From: Ignavibacteriales bacterium
GTDB lineage: Bacteria > Bacteroidota > Ignavibacteria > UBA10030 > UBA6906
Assembly (NCBI GenBank): GCA_037441705.1
Contig: JBBIRR010000034.1
Location: forward strand, 1-44,587
Direction: 5' to 3'
DNA length: 44,587 bases
Shown: positions 1 through 10,900 of the stretch, one piece after another
How the letters are laid out: the number at the start of each line of letters is the position of its first letter
Numbering within the stretch: the stretch's first letter is position 1
Notes under the pieces: model-generated
What the model was told of the DNA's origin: nothing
What the model saw: only the letters and a program-made list of their open reading frames with translations
Database searches by the model: none
Position numbers and translations under genes: made by a program

Positions 1-131
1 TACGCCGGCTGGTGCAGTGGGTGTTGCGGAAATCGGTTTCAGGCTGAGAGCGACTTCGGCAAGGAACGAGTCCCGGCGTCTCACCGGCAGGGCGAGTGCC
101 TACCTGCTTTCAATGTCGGTTCTGTTATACG
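1..131. repeat. Degenerate intergenic repeat copy 1 (attC-like ends), truncated by the window edge
   Basis: Shares ordered blocks TACGCC, ATCGGTTT, GAGAGC, GCGAG(A)TGCC and terminal CTGTTA with 1050-1198; GTTATAC at 124-130. Confidence 0.4.
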
Positions 132-148
132 TCCGGGCGGCACCCCAA

Positions 149-1015
149 TTAGGAGTTCCAGTACCTGTAGGATTCGCTCATGATCTCCTTGAGCAAATCG
201 CAATGCTTCTCAATGTCTTGCTTCGTGAGACGAATTCGATATCGGTTGTTTCGGACATCATAATCCATCAGGTCAAGGCCGGAGCTTTCGAATTTGTCCG
301 TTAGCTCTTTTGATTGAACCTGAGCAAGTTCCATTCTTAGATTGTTCTTCTTCGCTCTGAAAACGACAAAGTTCAGAGGGAGGCCATTCTTTGCCAAACC
401 TATGTAATACTTGTTGTATTTCAGCTCAAAATTTGGCTCGAACGTCTTGATGATTTCTAACATTGCGTCTGCGAGTTTGAGAGTTTCAGGTGAACCTTGA
501 GATTCCCAGTAATCTCGATCGACGACTTCGGTGAGTTCTTCGTCCTCTTCAAGAAGGCCCATGTCAACCTTGTCAACAACTTTGGTGAAAGAAAGGCCCA
601 CTTCGCCTTGAAGCTCGAAAGCGTTCATTTGGAGTGCAATAATTGGAATGTACCCATTGAAAAGCTGAATAACGTTCAGGAATCTCGTTGTGATGTCCTC
701 TGCAATAATGACGGCGGTATGCTCATATTGCGGATAGCGTTTCCTTTCAATATCCCAGTACTCGATTGTTCTTATGATATGGCTTTCGTCTGTTTTGCCG
801 AGTTGGAGTTCCACTTCAAATCGTCTGTTTGAATCTCGCTCTTGCAATAACAAGTCAAGCCTTCCAGCATGTGGCTGGATTCGTTCCTTGTCGCGAATGT
901 CAACCTCCCCAAGGCCTAGGATTGATGGATCCTTGATGATGTGTTCCTGGATGACTTTCTCCGTTAGAGTGGGGTGATCTTTCAGGTTGAGCTTGCGAAG
1001 GTTCTTAATGTTCAT
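149..1015 (-). CDS. NucS/EndoMS-like PD-(D/E)xK nuclease-fold protein with C-terminal DUF5655-like domain
   Basis: 288 aa ORF; E-x2-Q..DPSILGL, GRLDLLL, FEVELQLG and IEYWD motifs; C-terminal KYNKYYIGL; GGAGG RBS upstream; AT-richer than the backbone. Confidence 0.65.
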   Translation of the reverse strand: MNIKNLRKLNLKDHPTLTEKVIQEHIIKDPSILGLGEVDIRDKERIQPHAGRLDLLLQERDSNRRFEVELQLGKTDESHIIRTIEYWDIERKRYPQYEHTAVIIAEDITTRFLNVIQLFNGYIPIIALQMNAFELQGEVGLSFTKVVDKVDMGLLEEDEELTEVVDRDYWESQGSPETLKLADAMLEIIKTFEPNFELKYNKYYIGLAKNGLPLNFVVFRAKKNNLRMELAQVQSKELTDKFESSGLDLMDYDVRNNRYRIRLTKQDIEKHCDLLKEIMSESYRYWNS

Positions 1016-1049
1016 TGAAAAGCCTCCTCAATGTTTGTGGGTGCCGCCT

Positions 1050-1198
1050 GTTATACGCCTGTTGCGCGCCGATTTCACAGATCGGTTTTCCCTTTTCGCT
1101 GCAATTCGAAGAGAGCACGCAAACTACGGTAAAAGCATTCCTTTCGATACGCGAGATGCCGATCGCGAAGATGATTGAAAGCGTCCAGACTGTTAGAT
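1050..1198. repeat. Degenerate intergenic repeat copy 2 (attC-like ends)
   Basis: Begins GTTATACGCC (1050) and ends CTGTTAGAT (1198; GTTRRRY core consensus); colinear blocks shared with 1-131. Confidence 0.4.
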
Positions 1199-1420
1199 TT
1201 TAGAAAACGCCCGAGTTGTTTCTCTCGAGATTCCTGGAGCCTCTTGACCTATCAATGCCTGCCGGGGGAATGTTTGCTCCTTGCTCCCGCAAAAGTAAAG
1301 AAATGTGTCCACTGAATGAGCGTCGTCGAACAGGAACAATCTCGTTGCTCTCGCAACCAAACGGTGGAAACTTTTCTCTTGAGTCTGCCCTTTTTTGAAG
1401 TGCTAAGCGTAGCTGCCGCT

Positions 1421-2506
1421 TCACTTAGGGTAGTTTTCATTTAGCAATCGATGTATTTCACGGAGTTCATTTAGTAGCGATTCTACGACTACATCTCTAA
1501 CGACACCCAAAGGAATCACCAAGGGAATAACGGGAAGTTGGTCGACAAAGATGTCATCAACGAGAAGCCTGCTCGGTATTGCAAGCTCCAATGATGCAAG
1601 GGCACGACGAACCCTCAGACGCTCTTCAACGGGTTTCCACGATTTGCCGTATACTTCGAGCCAAAGTGGAGTGTTGCGGAATTTGCTCCAACGTTCATTG
1701 TCAAACTTCAATGTGCAGAAGAAGTCGCCAAGCTTGAAGTATCTCCCGTAGTGATTTGGTCCCGTGGTTGGCTTGAGCTTTCCTCCATCAGTTGAACAAA
1801 ACCCCTCCCTGGCACCCGTGAAGACAACGTCATCAACCAGGTCCGCAAACTGCATGTTCCTCTGAGCAATTCCTGGTGAGAGTTCTGTGGAGTGAATCGG
1901 AAGAAACGCATCTGCGTCCATTTGCGAGCAGAGTCCCTGCAACTGGATCACATCCCCTTTGGCTATGAAATCGCCGCTGACTTCTAGTTCCATTGCGATT
2001 GTGTTTAGCAAGGCAGTCCAAGTGACCCCGCCTACTGAGTGAAACTTGTTGATCTTCCCGACAAAGGGGTCGATTTTGGAAGATCGAACTTGAAGCGGCA
2101 AGCTTGCCTTCTCGCATCGCAACATTACTTCGCTCCACAATGAGGGAAGTCGCTTCTCGGGTGCAAGAAAAAGAAGGAGAGATGGGATTCCTTTTGGTAA
2201 ACGACCAAGGTAAGCAACGGGCTGGTTCTCAGTCAAACCCGCCCAGAATTTTGCTTCAACGACAACGACCGGTTGACCGGCGCTATTGAAACAGATCAAG
2301 TCCGGAATTCCGCTCCCATCTTCTTGGTAAACTTGAGTCCTGACGGTGAGTTCTCCGCTGATCCTTGATTCGAATCGTGACACGAACTTCTGGAAGGCAC
2401 GGCGGGCGTTCTGGGAATTCCCAAGGATGTATGCGAGTGCTTCGGTCGCGATGTTCTCTGTCTGTGTTCCAAGTCGAGACGATATATGCCCGAATAATGT
2501 GTTCAT
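1421..2506 (-). CDS. PD-(D/E)xK nuclease superfamily protein
   Basis: 361 aa; N-terminal ENIATEALAYIL then PDL...VEAKFWAGLTENQ..Y catalytic pattern; AAGGA RBS; AT-richer. Confidence 0.7.
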   Translation of the reverse strand: MNTLFGHISSRLGTQTENIATEALAYILGNSQNARRAFQKFVSRFESRISGELTVRTQVYQEDGSGIPDLICFNSAGQPVVVVEAKFWAGLTENQPVAYLGRLPKGIPSLLLFLAPEKRLPSLWSEVMLRCEKASLPLQVRSSKIDPFVGKINKFHSVGGVTWTALLNTIAMELEVSGDFIAKGDVIQLQGLCSQMDADAFLPIHSTELSPGIAQRNMQFADLVDDVVFTGAREGFCSTDGGKLKPTTGPNHYGRYFKLGDFFCTLKFDNERWSKFRNTPLWLEVYGKSWKPVEERLRVRRALASLELAIPSRLLVDDIFVDQLPVIPLVIPLGVVRDVVVESLLNELREIHRLLNENYPK

Positions 2507-2560
2507 ACTGATTCCTTGCTGCGGCGAGTTGCCTAACTTCGATCAGCCGAAGCGTGAGCC

Positions 2561-3265
2561 TTACTGCTTCTTCTTTTCTTTTTCGCCTTCCTGATGAAGG
2601 TCAATCATGGTGATGTTCTTTGCGTACGGAACCGAGACAACGGTCTCGATGGACTGCGCCTTGCGGACGAGCGTCTCGATGCGCTGGAGTTGTTTTCCGA
2701 TCAATTCCAGATCACCTTTCAGACCGGGTGATTCCTGCACGGTGGGACTCTTGGAGATTCGTTGATGAAGGAGAAATGCGGTGGCTAACGGGTTGGCAAT
2801 TTCATGGGCGACCGCCACGGCCATTTCGATGACGGTTTTCTGTCGTGCCTGCTCGGCGACGCTGCGCTGCAGACGCATGGTGCGCAGGCCCACGTGCAGC
2901 CGCGCCAACAGTTCTTTCCGATCAAACGGCTTCACCAGGTAATCGTCGGCGCCGGCTTCCATTCCTTCGATGCGATATTGCATCTGGCTGCGGGCGGTGA
3001 TCATGATGACGTAGGGACGGAACTGCTCTTCTTTTTCCTGCAGCAACTTGAGGAGGTTGATGCCGCTGACTTCGGGCAGGTTCCAATCCAGCAGCACCAC
3101 TTCCGGCTTCTCTTTCTCGATCAGCTGCCATCCCGAACGCCCGTCGATCGCCGTGAGCACGCGATACCCCTCCAGCTTCAGCATCATCGTCGTCAATTCG
3201 AGATAGGCGAGGTCGTCGTCTATCAAGAGAATTGTCGCTTCGGAATTGTTCTGCGCCCCTTCCAC
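2561..3265 (-). CDS. Response regulator: REC domain plus HisKA-like dimerisation helix, no HATPase domain
   Basis: LLIDDD, LLDWNLP, MITA and KPF receiver motifs; AHEIANPL H-box near the C-terminus. Confidence 0.85.
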   Translation of the reverse strand: MEGAQNNSEATILLIDDDLAYLELTTMMLKLEGYRVLTAIDGRSGWQLIEKEKPEVVLLDWNLPEVSGINLLKLLQEKEEQFRPYVIMITARSQMQYRIEGMEAGADDYLVKPFDRKELLARLHVGLRTMRLQRSVAEQARQKTVIEMAVAVAHEIANPLATAFLLHQRISKSPTVQESPGLKGDLELIGKQLQRIETLVRKAQSIETVVSVPYAKNITMIDLHQEGEKEKKKQ

Positions 3266-3267
3266 GG

Positions 3268-3753
3268 CTACCCCGCATACAGTGTTTTCGTGTTCACACG
3301 GATACCCAGCACCTTGAGATTCAGATGCAATTCCATGAGATGATGGATGTGATGCTCAATCGCAAATGCACAGTAGCGCCAGTACGGGACCCTCCCCTTT
3401 TGCGGCGTGTCCAGCTCGCCGTTCTGAAACGTGTCTTCGGGTAGCGCGCTCACCACCTCTTTGAACTTTGACGTCGCCCAGCGCATACCCATCACCGCTT
3501 CTTCAACCGTTGCCGACGGTTGGTACCGATTGGCGATCATGATCTCGCGCATCGTGCGGACCGGCAGCGGCTCGTGGTTCATTACCTTCGCAAAGAACTC
3601 CAGCGATACAGGCATGTGCTTCAGCAGTTGACCGATGGTAAAGGAGGTTTCCGTCAGTTTCCAATCGAGCTTATCTTCAGGAACGAGATGAAAGACGGGC
3701 TCGGTGGGGTCAACCACTTCGTCGAGCCACGAGAGGTATTGCGCCTTCGTCAT
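3268..3753 (-). CDS. DinB/YfiT-like four-helix metal-binding protein
   Basis: LDWK..FTIGQLLKH and EHHIHH motifs typical of the DinB family. Confidence 0.8.
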   Translation of the reverse strand: MTKAQYLSWLDEVVDPTEPVFHLVPEDKLDWKLTETSFTIGQLLKHMPVSLEFFAKVMNHEPLPVRTMREIMIANRYQPSATVEEAVMGMRWATSKFKEVVSALPEDTFQNGELDTPQKGRVPYWRYCAFAIEHHIHHLMELHLNLKVLGIRVNTKTLYAG

Positions 3754-3969
3754 TGGGGAATAGAAAAATGATGATCGCCCGGCAGTCGTTACTTCCTGAG
3801 ATTAAGAAAGACGGGAGTGAAAAGCAAACGTGAGGCAACGCCGTACTTCACGGTTTCATCGGCGTCCGATACGACGGGCGAGCTTACTCATCGGGCCATC
3901 CCGCATCCACTTCTTTTCATTTCTCCTTCTGAATTCCTACCTTACCTGCGCAGAGATGCACCGATCCCC

Positions 3970-5358
3970 ATGATCGAACTCGAGCCACATAGCGCTGAAT
4001 CATCCCAGGTTCTTTCATTCGGCGACGGGTCGTTGATTCTGGACGGCAGCGACACGCACTGCCCGTTTTTTCGTCTGCACGGCGGGAAGCTGCGCGCAAT
4101 GCCCGTCAGCTACAAAAAGGTGGTAGAATGGTTCGCCTCCCGCGGCATTGCTCTCACCGACCGGGCCGACCAATCCCAACCAATCGACGCGACGGTGCAC
4201 ACTGCCTACGAAGACCGTCCGTATCAGCATGAAGCGGTGGAGGCGTGGAAGGCAGCCGGTTCCGCCGGTTGCGTTGTACTGCCCACCGGTTCGGGAAAGA
4301 CCCTCGTCGCGCTGCGCGCCATCGAGCACATCGGCAGAAGCACGCTTGTTGTCCTGCCGACGCTCGACTTGATGAACCAGTGGTATGAGATTCTCGGCAA
4401 CGCGTTCCGCGAGCCGGTCGGCATCCTCGGCGGTGGCTACCACGACGTACAACCGCTGACCGTGACGACCTACGATAGCGCGTTCCGCTATGTTGATCTG
4501 TACGGGAACCGCTTCGCTCTTCTCATCTTCGACGAAGTGCATCACCTGCCTTCCGAATCCTACTCGCAGATTGCAGAGCTGAGCATCGCCCCCTTTCGTC
4601 TCGGACTGACAGCGACCTTCCGTCGCACCGATGGACGGCAAGCGGCCCTCGCACACCTTGTCGGGCCGGTGGTGTACGAGCGAACAATTGGTGAGTTCAA
4701 GGGAAATGTCCTTGCCGATTTCGAGGTTCAGCGCATCTGGGTAGAGCTGAACAGTGAGGAGAAAGTTGCCTACGAGGCGAAGTACGCCGAGTACATCGGC
4801 TTCGTGCGCGAGCAGAAGATTTCGTTGTACGGCAAGGGCTGGGATCAGTTCATCATGAAGACGGCGGATAACCGCGCGGCGCGCAGCGCGCTGCTTGCCA
4901 AGATGGAAGCGGCACGCATCGCCTCACAGGCATCCGGGAAGTTTGATGTTCTGGAGTTGTTGATGAAGCTGCATGCGCACGATCGTGTCCTCATCTTCAC
5001 GAGAGATGTGGCCCTGACGTATGAGATTGCGCGCCGCTACCTCATTCCGCCCATCACGCACTACACCGATACAAAAGAGCGGAAAGACATTCTTGACAAG
5101 TTTCGTGACGGCGTCTATCGCATGCTGGTTTCTTCCGAAGTCCTCAATGAAGGAGTTGATGTCCCCGCCGCCAACGTGGCTATCATTCTCAGCGGAACGG
5201 CAAGTCCCGTGCGTCACGTGCAGCGCTTGGGACGCATCCTGCGGAAAAAGGATGAGAACAAGGCGATGCTCTACGAAGTGATCAGCCGCGGGACGAAAGA
5301 GCACGACGTCGCGCGCCGGCGTCGGGCATACGCCGCTTCCACCGAAGAGCCAAAGTGA
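3970..5358 (+). CDS. XPB/Ssl2-like superfamily 2 DNA helicase
   Basis: RPYQ Q-motif, LPTGSGKT Walker A, DEVH, TAT, EGVDVP and QRLGRILR; ATG 3970 preferred over GTG 3817. Confidence 0.88.
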   Translation: MIELEPHSAESSQVLSFGDGSLILDGSDTHCPFFRLHGGKLRAMPVSYKKVVEWFASRGIALTDRADQSQPIDATVHTAYEDRPYQHEAVEAWKAAGSAGCVVLPTGSGKTLVALRAIEHIGRSTLVVLPTLDLMNQWYEILGNAFREPVGILGGGYHDVQPLTVTTYDSAFRYVDLYGNRFALLIFDEVHHLPSESYSQIAELSIAPFRLGLTATFRRTDGRQAALAHLVGPVVYERTIGEFKGNVLADFEVQRIWVELNSEEKVAYEAKYAEYIGFVREQKISLYGKGWDQFIMKTADNRAARSALLAKMEAARIASQASGKFDVLELLMKLHAHDRVLIFTRDVALTYEIARRYLIPPITHYTDTKERKDILDKFRDGVYRMLVSSEVLNEGVDVPAANVAIILSGTASPVRHVQRLGRILRKKDENKAMLYEVISRGTKEHDVARRRRAYAASTEEPK

Positions 5359-5368
5359 GCAGAACGGA

Positions 5369-6577
5369 ATGCTGACGTTCGATCTTGCACGAGTTGAATT
5401 TCACGGCAACGAGGTGAAGCCCCGCTATGTCTCCCGCAAAGAAGCCGAGGTGTATTTGCCGATATGCGAGGAGATTCTCTCGCTGTTTCGTTCGAGCACC
5501 GGGAAACGGAAAGCCGAGATTGCAGAAGTGCTGAACGCCATCGAACACCGCGCCGACTTCAAAGTCGTGCGCGGCATAACGAAGCTTCTCGAAGATCAAT
5601 GCGAGTACGCTCCCGCCGAAGAGATGGAGTACGCTGGATTGCGCGCGGCGGTGTTTCGGGCGGCGCAAAGCCGTTACCCGCTTGTGACAAAAACCGACCT
5701 CCTCCACACAACACACCGGGACGAAGCCGTCGCCGATACTGCCGCCGAGTGCGGCTACGATCCTGCGCGGCTCGAAGCGCTTCTGTTCGCCGACTTACCG
5801 CAGTACCACGTCCTGCGCAGAGTGGATGCTTCGTTCACGCCCGAAACACTCCTGCAACGCTATAACCTCGCGCTCGCCCAGGCGCTGCTCTACCGCGCCT
5901 CAGAAATGACGGTCACGCTGCAAAGTGATTTCAAGCTGGTCTGGAAGTATCTGAAACTCGCCCGGCTTATCCACGAGATCACGAAATGTTCCGACGGTTA
6001 CACGATTCATCTCACCGGGCCGGTGTCGGTCTTCCGGTACACCCAGCGGTACGGCATTCGCATGGCGCTGTTCCTTCCCGGCTTACTGCTCGCTCGACGC
6101 TTTTCCATGGAGGCGCTGGTGAACATCAACGACAAGCAGCGTGTCTTCCGGCTCGATGATCGCAGCGGCTTACACAGCCACTATCGGGAGTCGCCTGGGG
6201 AATTCGACAGCTCGACGGAAGAACACTTCTATGAGCGTTTCGTTGCAAACAACGAGAGCGAGTGGACGATCCAACGGGAAGCAGACCTGATTGACCTCGG
6301 CAATACCGTTGTGATCCCCGATTTCACATTCACTCATACCGACGGCAGGAAAGTTTATTTGGAGATTGTCGGATTCTGGACTCCCGAATACATCAAGAAG
6401 AAGCTGAGCAAGCTCGCTCGTATTCCGAATACGAACTTCATCATCGCCCTCAGCAACACACTGAACTGCAGCCGCGCCGATCTGGAACGCTTGCATGATA
6501 AGACACTCATCGTCTTCAAAGGCGTATTAAAGGTGAGAGATGTCGTAGAGTGTTTGATTGGCATTTCTCAGTTCTGA
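5369..6577 (+). CDS. DUF790 / Bax1-like endonuclease (XPB partner)
   Basis: RYNLALAQALLYRA, TGPVSVF..TQRYG, FDSSTE and IPDF...LEIVGFWTPEY motifs; starts 10 bp after the helicase. Confidence 0.85.
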   Translation: MLTFDLARVEFHGNEVKPRYVSRKEAEVYLPICEEILSLFRSSTGKRKAEIAEVLNAIEHRADFKVVRGITKLLEDQCEYAPAEEMEYAGLRAAVFRAAQSRYPLVTKTDLLHTTHRDEAVADTAAECGYDPARLEALLFADLPQYHVLRRVDASFTPETLLQRYNLALAQALLYRASEMTVTLQSDFKLVWKYLKLARLIHEITKCSDGYTIHLTGPVSVFRYTQRYGIRMALFLPGLLLARRFSMEALVNINDKQRVFRLDDRSGLHSHYRESPGEFDSSTEEHFYERFVANNESEWTIQREADLIDLGNTVVIPDFTFTHTDGRKVYLEIVGFWTPEYIKKKLSKLARIPNTNFIIALSNTLNCSRADLERLHDKTLIVFKGVLKVRDVVECLIGISQF

Positions 6578-6595
6578 CTTCCTGCCGGAAACACA

Positions 6596-6627
6596 ACAGG
6601 GCGAACACACGCATGCGTCCGCCCTGT
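6596..6627. terminator. Stem-loop between convergent genes (terminator or REP-like remnant)
   Basis: ACAGGGCG...CGCCCTGT 8-bp inverted repeat; no clear U-tract. Confidence 0.35.
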
Positions 6628-6656
6628 GAAGCTATGCCGGGGTCTGCGTATGCCGC

Positions 6657-7946
6657 CTATTCCGTCTCCGGCCTCGGCATTTTGCTGATGACAACATCCC
6701 TGCCCGGTCGGTCAATCGGAAGCTGGTTGAGACGATTGTACCGCCGCATGTCGATCCACCGATGCCCCTCTCCGAACAGTGAGTAACGCTTTTCAAACAG
6801 GAGGCGATCCAGCGCGTTCGTGGCGTTCGTGCTTCCGGTGGGATAGGCGGCTATGCCTGCCGCAGCGCGGACGAGGTTCATGTCCGCTTCGGCCGGGGCG
6901 TATTGTCCCAGACCGATATTCGCCTCGGCGCGCAGGAGGATCAACTCCTCGTTGCGGATGATAGGGACACGATCCGTCGAGCTGCTCGTGATCGTGATGG
7001 CCAGATTGCTGGTCAGCTCGTCGAATGTTGTTGCCGTGCTTCGCACAAAAACCTTCGATGAAAAGCGTCCATCACCGGAAACCGCGTCCGTTTGGAAGCT
7101 CTGGTGTGCCATGAACTTCACAAACGGTGCCGTGGGACTTTCGAAGATCTCGTTGAGCTGATCGCCGAGTCCCGTGCCGTAGATGTGATAGACGCCGGTG
7201 TTCATCGGCCCGGCAGCATTCAGGAAAGAATTGGCGAGTGCATTGAGTGCCGCCTGGAAGTTGCCGCGATACACCTCCACGCGCGCCATCAACGCCCGAT
7301 TGAAGCGAGCGAATCCCGCCGGCGTGTCGAAGCCTGTAAACCCGCTGGAAAGTTTGAACGTAAAGCTGTTGCCGGCCGCTGCCAGACTTGTGTTCGCTTC
7401 ATCCAACAGTGCAGCGATCCGCGCAAACGCCTCTGCCTTCGAGGCGAACGGGACGTTGGGCGCGCCGGAAAAATCCAGCTTGATGCCATTGTCGTCCAGA
7501 TAGTTCAGGTTGAGAAGAAGCTGATAGGCAATGATGGTCTTGGCAAATCCTTCGGCTCCAGCCTTCTCCGCTGCCGGCGCATTCTGTACCTTGTCCAGCA
7601 ACAGATTGCACGTTGCAATCACCCGGTAGCGCGCGCTCCACGGACGATTCAACAAGAACCCTCCGGGGTCGGGGCTTCCCTGCAGCAACTCACCGGTGTA
7701 GCGCGGATCCGCAGGTTCGAAGTAGTATCCCTCACGCCCCAAACTCGTCACGACTCTGAGATAGATGGCATAATCAATCCGCATCCCGGCCTCGATGCCG
7801 GTAACCAGCGTCTGAACAGGGACACTCTCCACAACCGGGGAATTGGGATCAGGAAATTTCCGATCGCATCCGGCCAGGCAAAGCACGCACAGAAGGGCAA
7901 CAGCCCCACCGATCATCACGCGAGAACGCATTGTGTTTGTGCTCAT
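6657..7946 (-). CDS. SusD/RagB family outer-membrane lipoprotein
   Basis: Lipobox LAGC; C-terminal IIRNEELILLRAEA and EKRYSLFGEGHRWIDMRR SusD signatures; directly downstream of SusC. Confidence 0.92.
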   Translation of the reverse strand: MSTNTMRSRVMIGGAVALLCVLCLAGCDRKFPDPNSPVVESVPVQTLVTGIEAGMRIDYAIYLRVVTSLGREGYYFEPADPRYTGELLQGSPDPGGFLLNRPWSARYRVIATCNLLLDKVQNAPAAEKAGAEGFAKTIIAYQLLLNLNYLDDNGIKLDFSGAPNVPFASKAEAFARIAALLDEANTSLAAAGNSFTFKLSSGFTGFDTPAGFARFNRALMARVEVYRGNFQAALNALANSFLNAAGPMNTGVYHIYGTGLGDQLNEIFESPTAPFVKFMAHQSFQTDAVSGDGRFSSKVFVRSTATTFDELTSNLAITITSSSTDRVPIIRNEELILLRAEANIGLGQYAPAEADMNLVRAAAGIAAYPTGSTNATNALDRLLFEKRYSLFGEGHRWIDMRRYNRLNQLPIDRPGRDVVISKMPRPETE

Positions 7947-7961
7947 GATTTTCCTCCTTTC

Positions 7962-10900
7962 TCACAAGCCGAGAGAAACGTTGAAATAGAAACTGCGCGA
8001 CGACGGGAACGGCAGGGTGTCCACCGAGCGACCGATAGCCACATTGCCGAACTGACTCACCTCAGGGTCATAGCCGTCGTATCCCGTGAAGACCAGCAGG
8101 TTGCGAGCAGCCACGCCAATCCGGAGGTGCGAGACGCTTCCCCCAAAAAGACTGTTGACAAAATCTTGCGGCAGGGTGTAGGTCAGGTGCACCTCACGCA
8201 GCTTCAGGTAGGTTCCATCTTCGATGTACGGCGCAGTCTCAAATCCTAACACGGCCAGGCGCCCATCGCCTTTCTTCATCGTCACCACCGAGTCGCGCAC
8301 GCCGGTGCTGCGACGAACGAGCGTGAACGGAGCAGTCTCGTCGTAGTCCTTCGATGTACCGCCGAGATCGGTGATGAGTTTGCCGAGGTTGATCACGTCG
8401 CCTCCCTGCTTCCACTCCCACAGGAACCCAAACTCAAAGTTCCCGAAAGTCATCGTGCTGGCAAACGACATTTGAAAGTCGGGCGTTTCGTCACCCAGCT
8501 TCTTGTGTTTCATCGTTTGCGTGGCCGGATCGAACTCCATCTCCGCACCGACGATGGATGTAGGAGACCAGCCGGCTTCGATGCGGTAGGTGCCGAGAAA
8601 TGTTGCAAAGCCTCCGAGGTTGAACGGTGGCACAACCAGCTCGGTTACTTCGGAGCTTGTCTTGAAGAAGTTCACCCGCGACGTCCAGGTGAAGTCGTCG
8701 CCTGTAAAGGGGACTACAACGAGGCTTGCCTCAACACCGGTGGTGCGCATTTTTCCGCCATTGATGTATCGGTCGGTAAAACCGGAGGAAGGCGAGAGCG
8801 AGGGAATCAGCAGCAGGTCGCTGATGTTTTTGCGGAAATATGAAAACTCCAGGCTTGCTCGTCCGTCGAAGAGCGTGGCGTCGAAGCCCGTCTCCAATTC
8901 TTTCGTTCTCTCCGGTTTGATTGTTGGGTCGCCCCTGCGCGTATCGGGAATCAGACCGCCCAACCCACCGATATTGCGCGGCACAAGGGGAGTGAATTTC
9001 GCATTCGGCGGAGCGAGATTGCCCGTCTCACCGTATGCCACGCGCACTTTGAATTCGTTGATGGTGCTCGCCAGACCTTCCCAAAACGGATACTTCGACA
9101 GACGGATGGAACCGGACCCTTTCGGAAAGATGTAAAACTTATCCGGATCGCCGTTCACGCTACTCGCATCGGCACGAACACCGGCTGTCAGGAAGATCTC
9201 GTCAAACAGATTGACCTCTTCCTGAACGTAAAAGCCAAGCTCTCGTTGCTTGATGATGTTTTGATACGCATTGATGCTGGCCGCCTGGTCTATATTCGTC
9301 TGGGTAACGATGACGCCTCGTGCCTCGTTCAGCACACTGTTCAAGTCTTGACGCTCGTGCTGCACGCCCGTCGAAGTCTTGAACGAAATGTTGGACTCGG
9401 TTGTGTAGCTGTGAACGAGATTGACGTACACGTTGGCGTTGGTGCTTCTCGTTTCGCCGATCAGCGAAGCACCGGGTTGCGTTGCGTTGCGCTCGAATTG
9501 CAAATCAGGAGGTGAGTAAATACGATTCTCCTGCGAATAGAAGTCCACACCTGCCTGCGTGATGAAATCAAGTGATTGGGACTCCGTGCGGATCAGGTTC
9601 CAATCCAGCTGCAACGACCCGATGTTGCGGTTCACCACCTCGTTGTTCTGCAGCAGGTCACGCGTTTGAAACGGGTTTGAGGGGTTGAAGATGTGATCGG
9701 GATAGACGCCGTTCTGCGGCCGGATGTCGTAGAAGCTGGGTGTGAACGCAAGCGAGAATCCGAGGGTGGTATTGGTGTTGTCATTTCCGGTGATGGATCT
9801 GTCGGACTCCGATCGAATGATATTGGCGAACGCGGTGACGCGCAGGTCATCGCCGAACCTGTGGTTGATGTTCACCCGGCCTCCGTACTTCTTGTATCCC
9901 GTCTTCTTCACAATGCCGTTCTCGATGCGCGAGAGGCCCGAGGCAAAGAACTGCGTCTGATCGTTCCCGCCGGACGCGTTCACGTTCGTCTCGCTGATGA
10001 ATCCGTTCTCGCCGTACATCTCGTCCTCGTAGTCAATGAAGCGGTTCGGGTCTTGCAGGTACAGCGCCACGCCTGCCGAGCCGTACTTTTTTCTGACCTC
10101 GACGGTGTCCGGGAATTTGCGCGTCCCGATCTTTCGCAACAAGCTGTTGAAGCCGACTTGCTGGTTGATCTCGACACGCGTCCGCCCCGGAATGCCCTGC
10201 TTGGTCGTAATAATCACGACCCCGTTTGTTGCCTTCGAGCCATAGAGGGCAGCTGCGCTCGCGCCCTTGAGCACTTCGATGTTCTGGATTTCGTTAGGAT
10301 TGAGGTCGGCGATGCGATTGACGGGCTGTCCCTGCGGGTTATCGCTGCCGGCGGCCGCCGCTTTCGAGATGAAGTCAATGCCGGACTGGTTCGCCGCGTT
10401 GTTGACAATGACGCCGTCCACAACATAGAGGGGCTGAGTGGCTCCTTCGATTGTCGAGACGCCGCGCAGCGTCACGTTGATACCGCCGCCCGGCGCGCCC
10501 GTGTTCTGGCTGACGCTGATGCCTGCAAACTTCCCGCTCAACGCCTGATCGAGCGTCTGTGCCGGCGCCGCCACTAACTCCTTCGCCGAGATCGTTGCTA
10601 CGGAGTTCGCAAGATTCTCGCGCTTGACCGAAGATGCGAACCCGGTGGAAACGACCTCCGATGTCTTCAGAACGTCCTCGTCCAGCACCACCCGCAGGTC
10701 GCTGACACTTGCGTTGACCTCGAGCTCTCGCGATTTGTAACCGACGTAGCTGACGATAAGCGTGGCTTGTGTGAGTTCTTTGAGGGAGATTTTGAACTCA
10801 CCGTTGATATCCGTGGTTGTTCCGATGTTCGTTGCCTTGACTCGCACCGTAGCCCCGGGCAGGGGTTCCGCACGAACACCTCGTGCAACAACCTTTCCTG

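Noticed and set aside
1200-1440. Small ORFs between the two nuclease genes
   Set aside because: Short, overlapping in several frames and without motifs; not supportable as genes.
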